DNA of 64,000 nucleotides from Alphaproteobacteria bacterium (GTDB lineage Bacteria; Pseudomonadota; Alphaproteobacteria; Caulobacterales; Caulobacteraceae): NCBI GenBank assembly GCA_018821435.1, contig JAHJME010000035.1, positions 9,514 to 73,513 of the forward strand, read 5' to 3'. Shown piece by piece: positions 63,589 to 64,000 of this stretch (position 1 is its first letter; each line of letters starts with the position of its first letter). The notes under the pieces were generated by a model. It saw only the letters and a program-made list of their open reading frames with translations, ran no database searches and was not told where the DNA came from. The position numbers and the translations under genes were made by a program.

Positions 63589-63605
63589 TTTACAATTTCA
63601 CAAAT
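63589..63605. promoter_or_regulatory. AT-rich candidate autoregulatory site abutting the XRE regulator start
   Basis: Minus strand TTTGTGAAATTGTAAA immediately precedes the ATG, with no SD-like sequence; loosely resembles sites described for this regulator family. Confidence 0.35.
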
Positions 63606-63761
63606 GCGGTCGCGGCGAGAGCCAACTCTTCGCACGATGTCATTTGAGCTGCGAGTGAAAACAGCGCCATTTCGCCGGCAAGTGTTCCGGAGCGTTACCC
63701 CGTAAGCCCCGTACAACTTCACTGTCTTGTGTGGATCGACGGTCCCAAAGGGATGGAAACC

Positions 63762-64000
63762 ATGACCAGCATCAGCATGACCCGCGAGAACATCCACCAT
63801 CTGCCCCGGCTCGGCATGTCGGGCGCCATGCGGCTGTTCGGGCTCACCGCCCGCGCGTTGCGCTTCTATGAGGAGAAGGGGCTGGTCGAGGCCCGCCGCG
63901 ACCGCCTCAACGCCCGCTATTACGACCCTATCGCCCGCCAGCGGCTGGAATGGATCGCCCGCCTGCGCAAGGCCGGCGTCTCCCTGCCCGACATCGAGGA
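63762..64000 (+). CDS. MerR family transcriptional regulator (partial)
   Basis: Manual translation: MTSISM...FGLTARALRFYEEKGLV...RDRLNARYY...RLRKAGVSLPDI, a MerR HTH. Confidence 0.85.
   Translation, partial: MTSISMTRENIHHLPRLGMSGAMRLFGLTARALRFYEEKGLVEARRDRLNARYYDPIARQRLEWIARLRKAGVSLPDIE

Overview
GC-rich (about 70%) alphaproteobacterial chromosome segment. Gene content and order point to Caulobacteraceae (Phenylobacterium/Caulobacter-like). It is mostly core housekeeping blocks: corC-ybeY-phoH-miaB-fur-rimI-tsaB-nfuA, trpS-murJ, glnD-mutS, dnaN-grpE-hrcA/rph, rdgB-hemW, rsmI-yraN, gshB-comM, shkA-ampG, rlmN and a large NAD-glutamate dehydrogenase. No rRNA, tRNA, CRISPR array, integrase or transposase was seen. 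The accessory features are the most interesting part. (1) A lower-GC module between comM and shkA (37143-38898) in which a codon-optimised ~110-120 aa gene is fully nested, same strand and +1 frame, inside the linker of a membrane-tethered LuxR-HTH gene. A perfect 16-bp inverted repeat precedes the nested gene, and a helical protein and a multi-pass membrane protein follow. (2) An AlgI-type MBOAT paired with an AlgJ-type acetyltransferase fused to RTX calcium-binding repeats. (3) Two 34-35 aa ORFs missing from the ORF track, with good RBSs and shared TGCA-type motifs, flanking a DUF2975/HTH operon. (4) A BlaI/M56 pair with two TACA-N2-TGTA operators facing a TonB-dependent receptor. (5) Three CIR/RIME-like palindromic intergenic elements, one with a second palindrome nested inside. 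(6) A run of hairpins with C/U-rich loops in the gdh leader. All protein family calls come from motif recognition by eye, not database searches.
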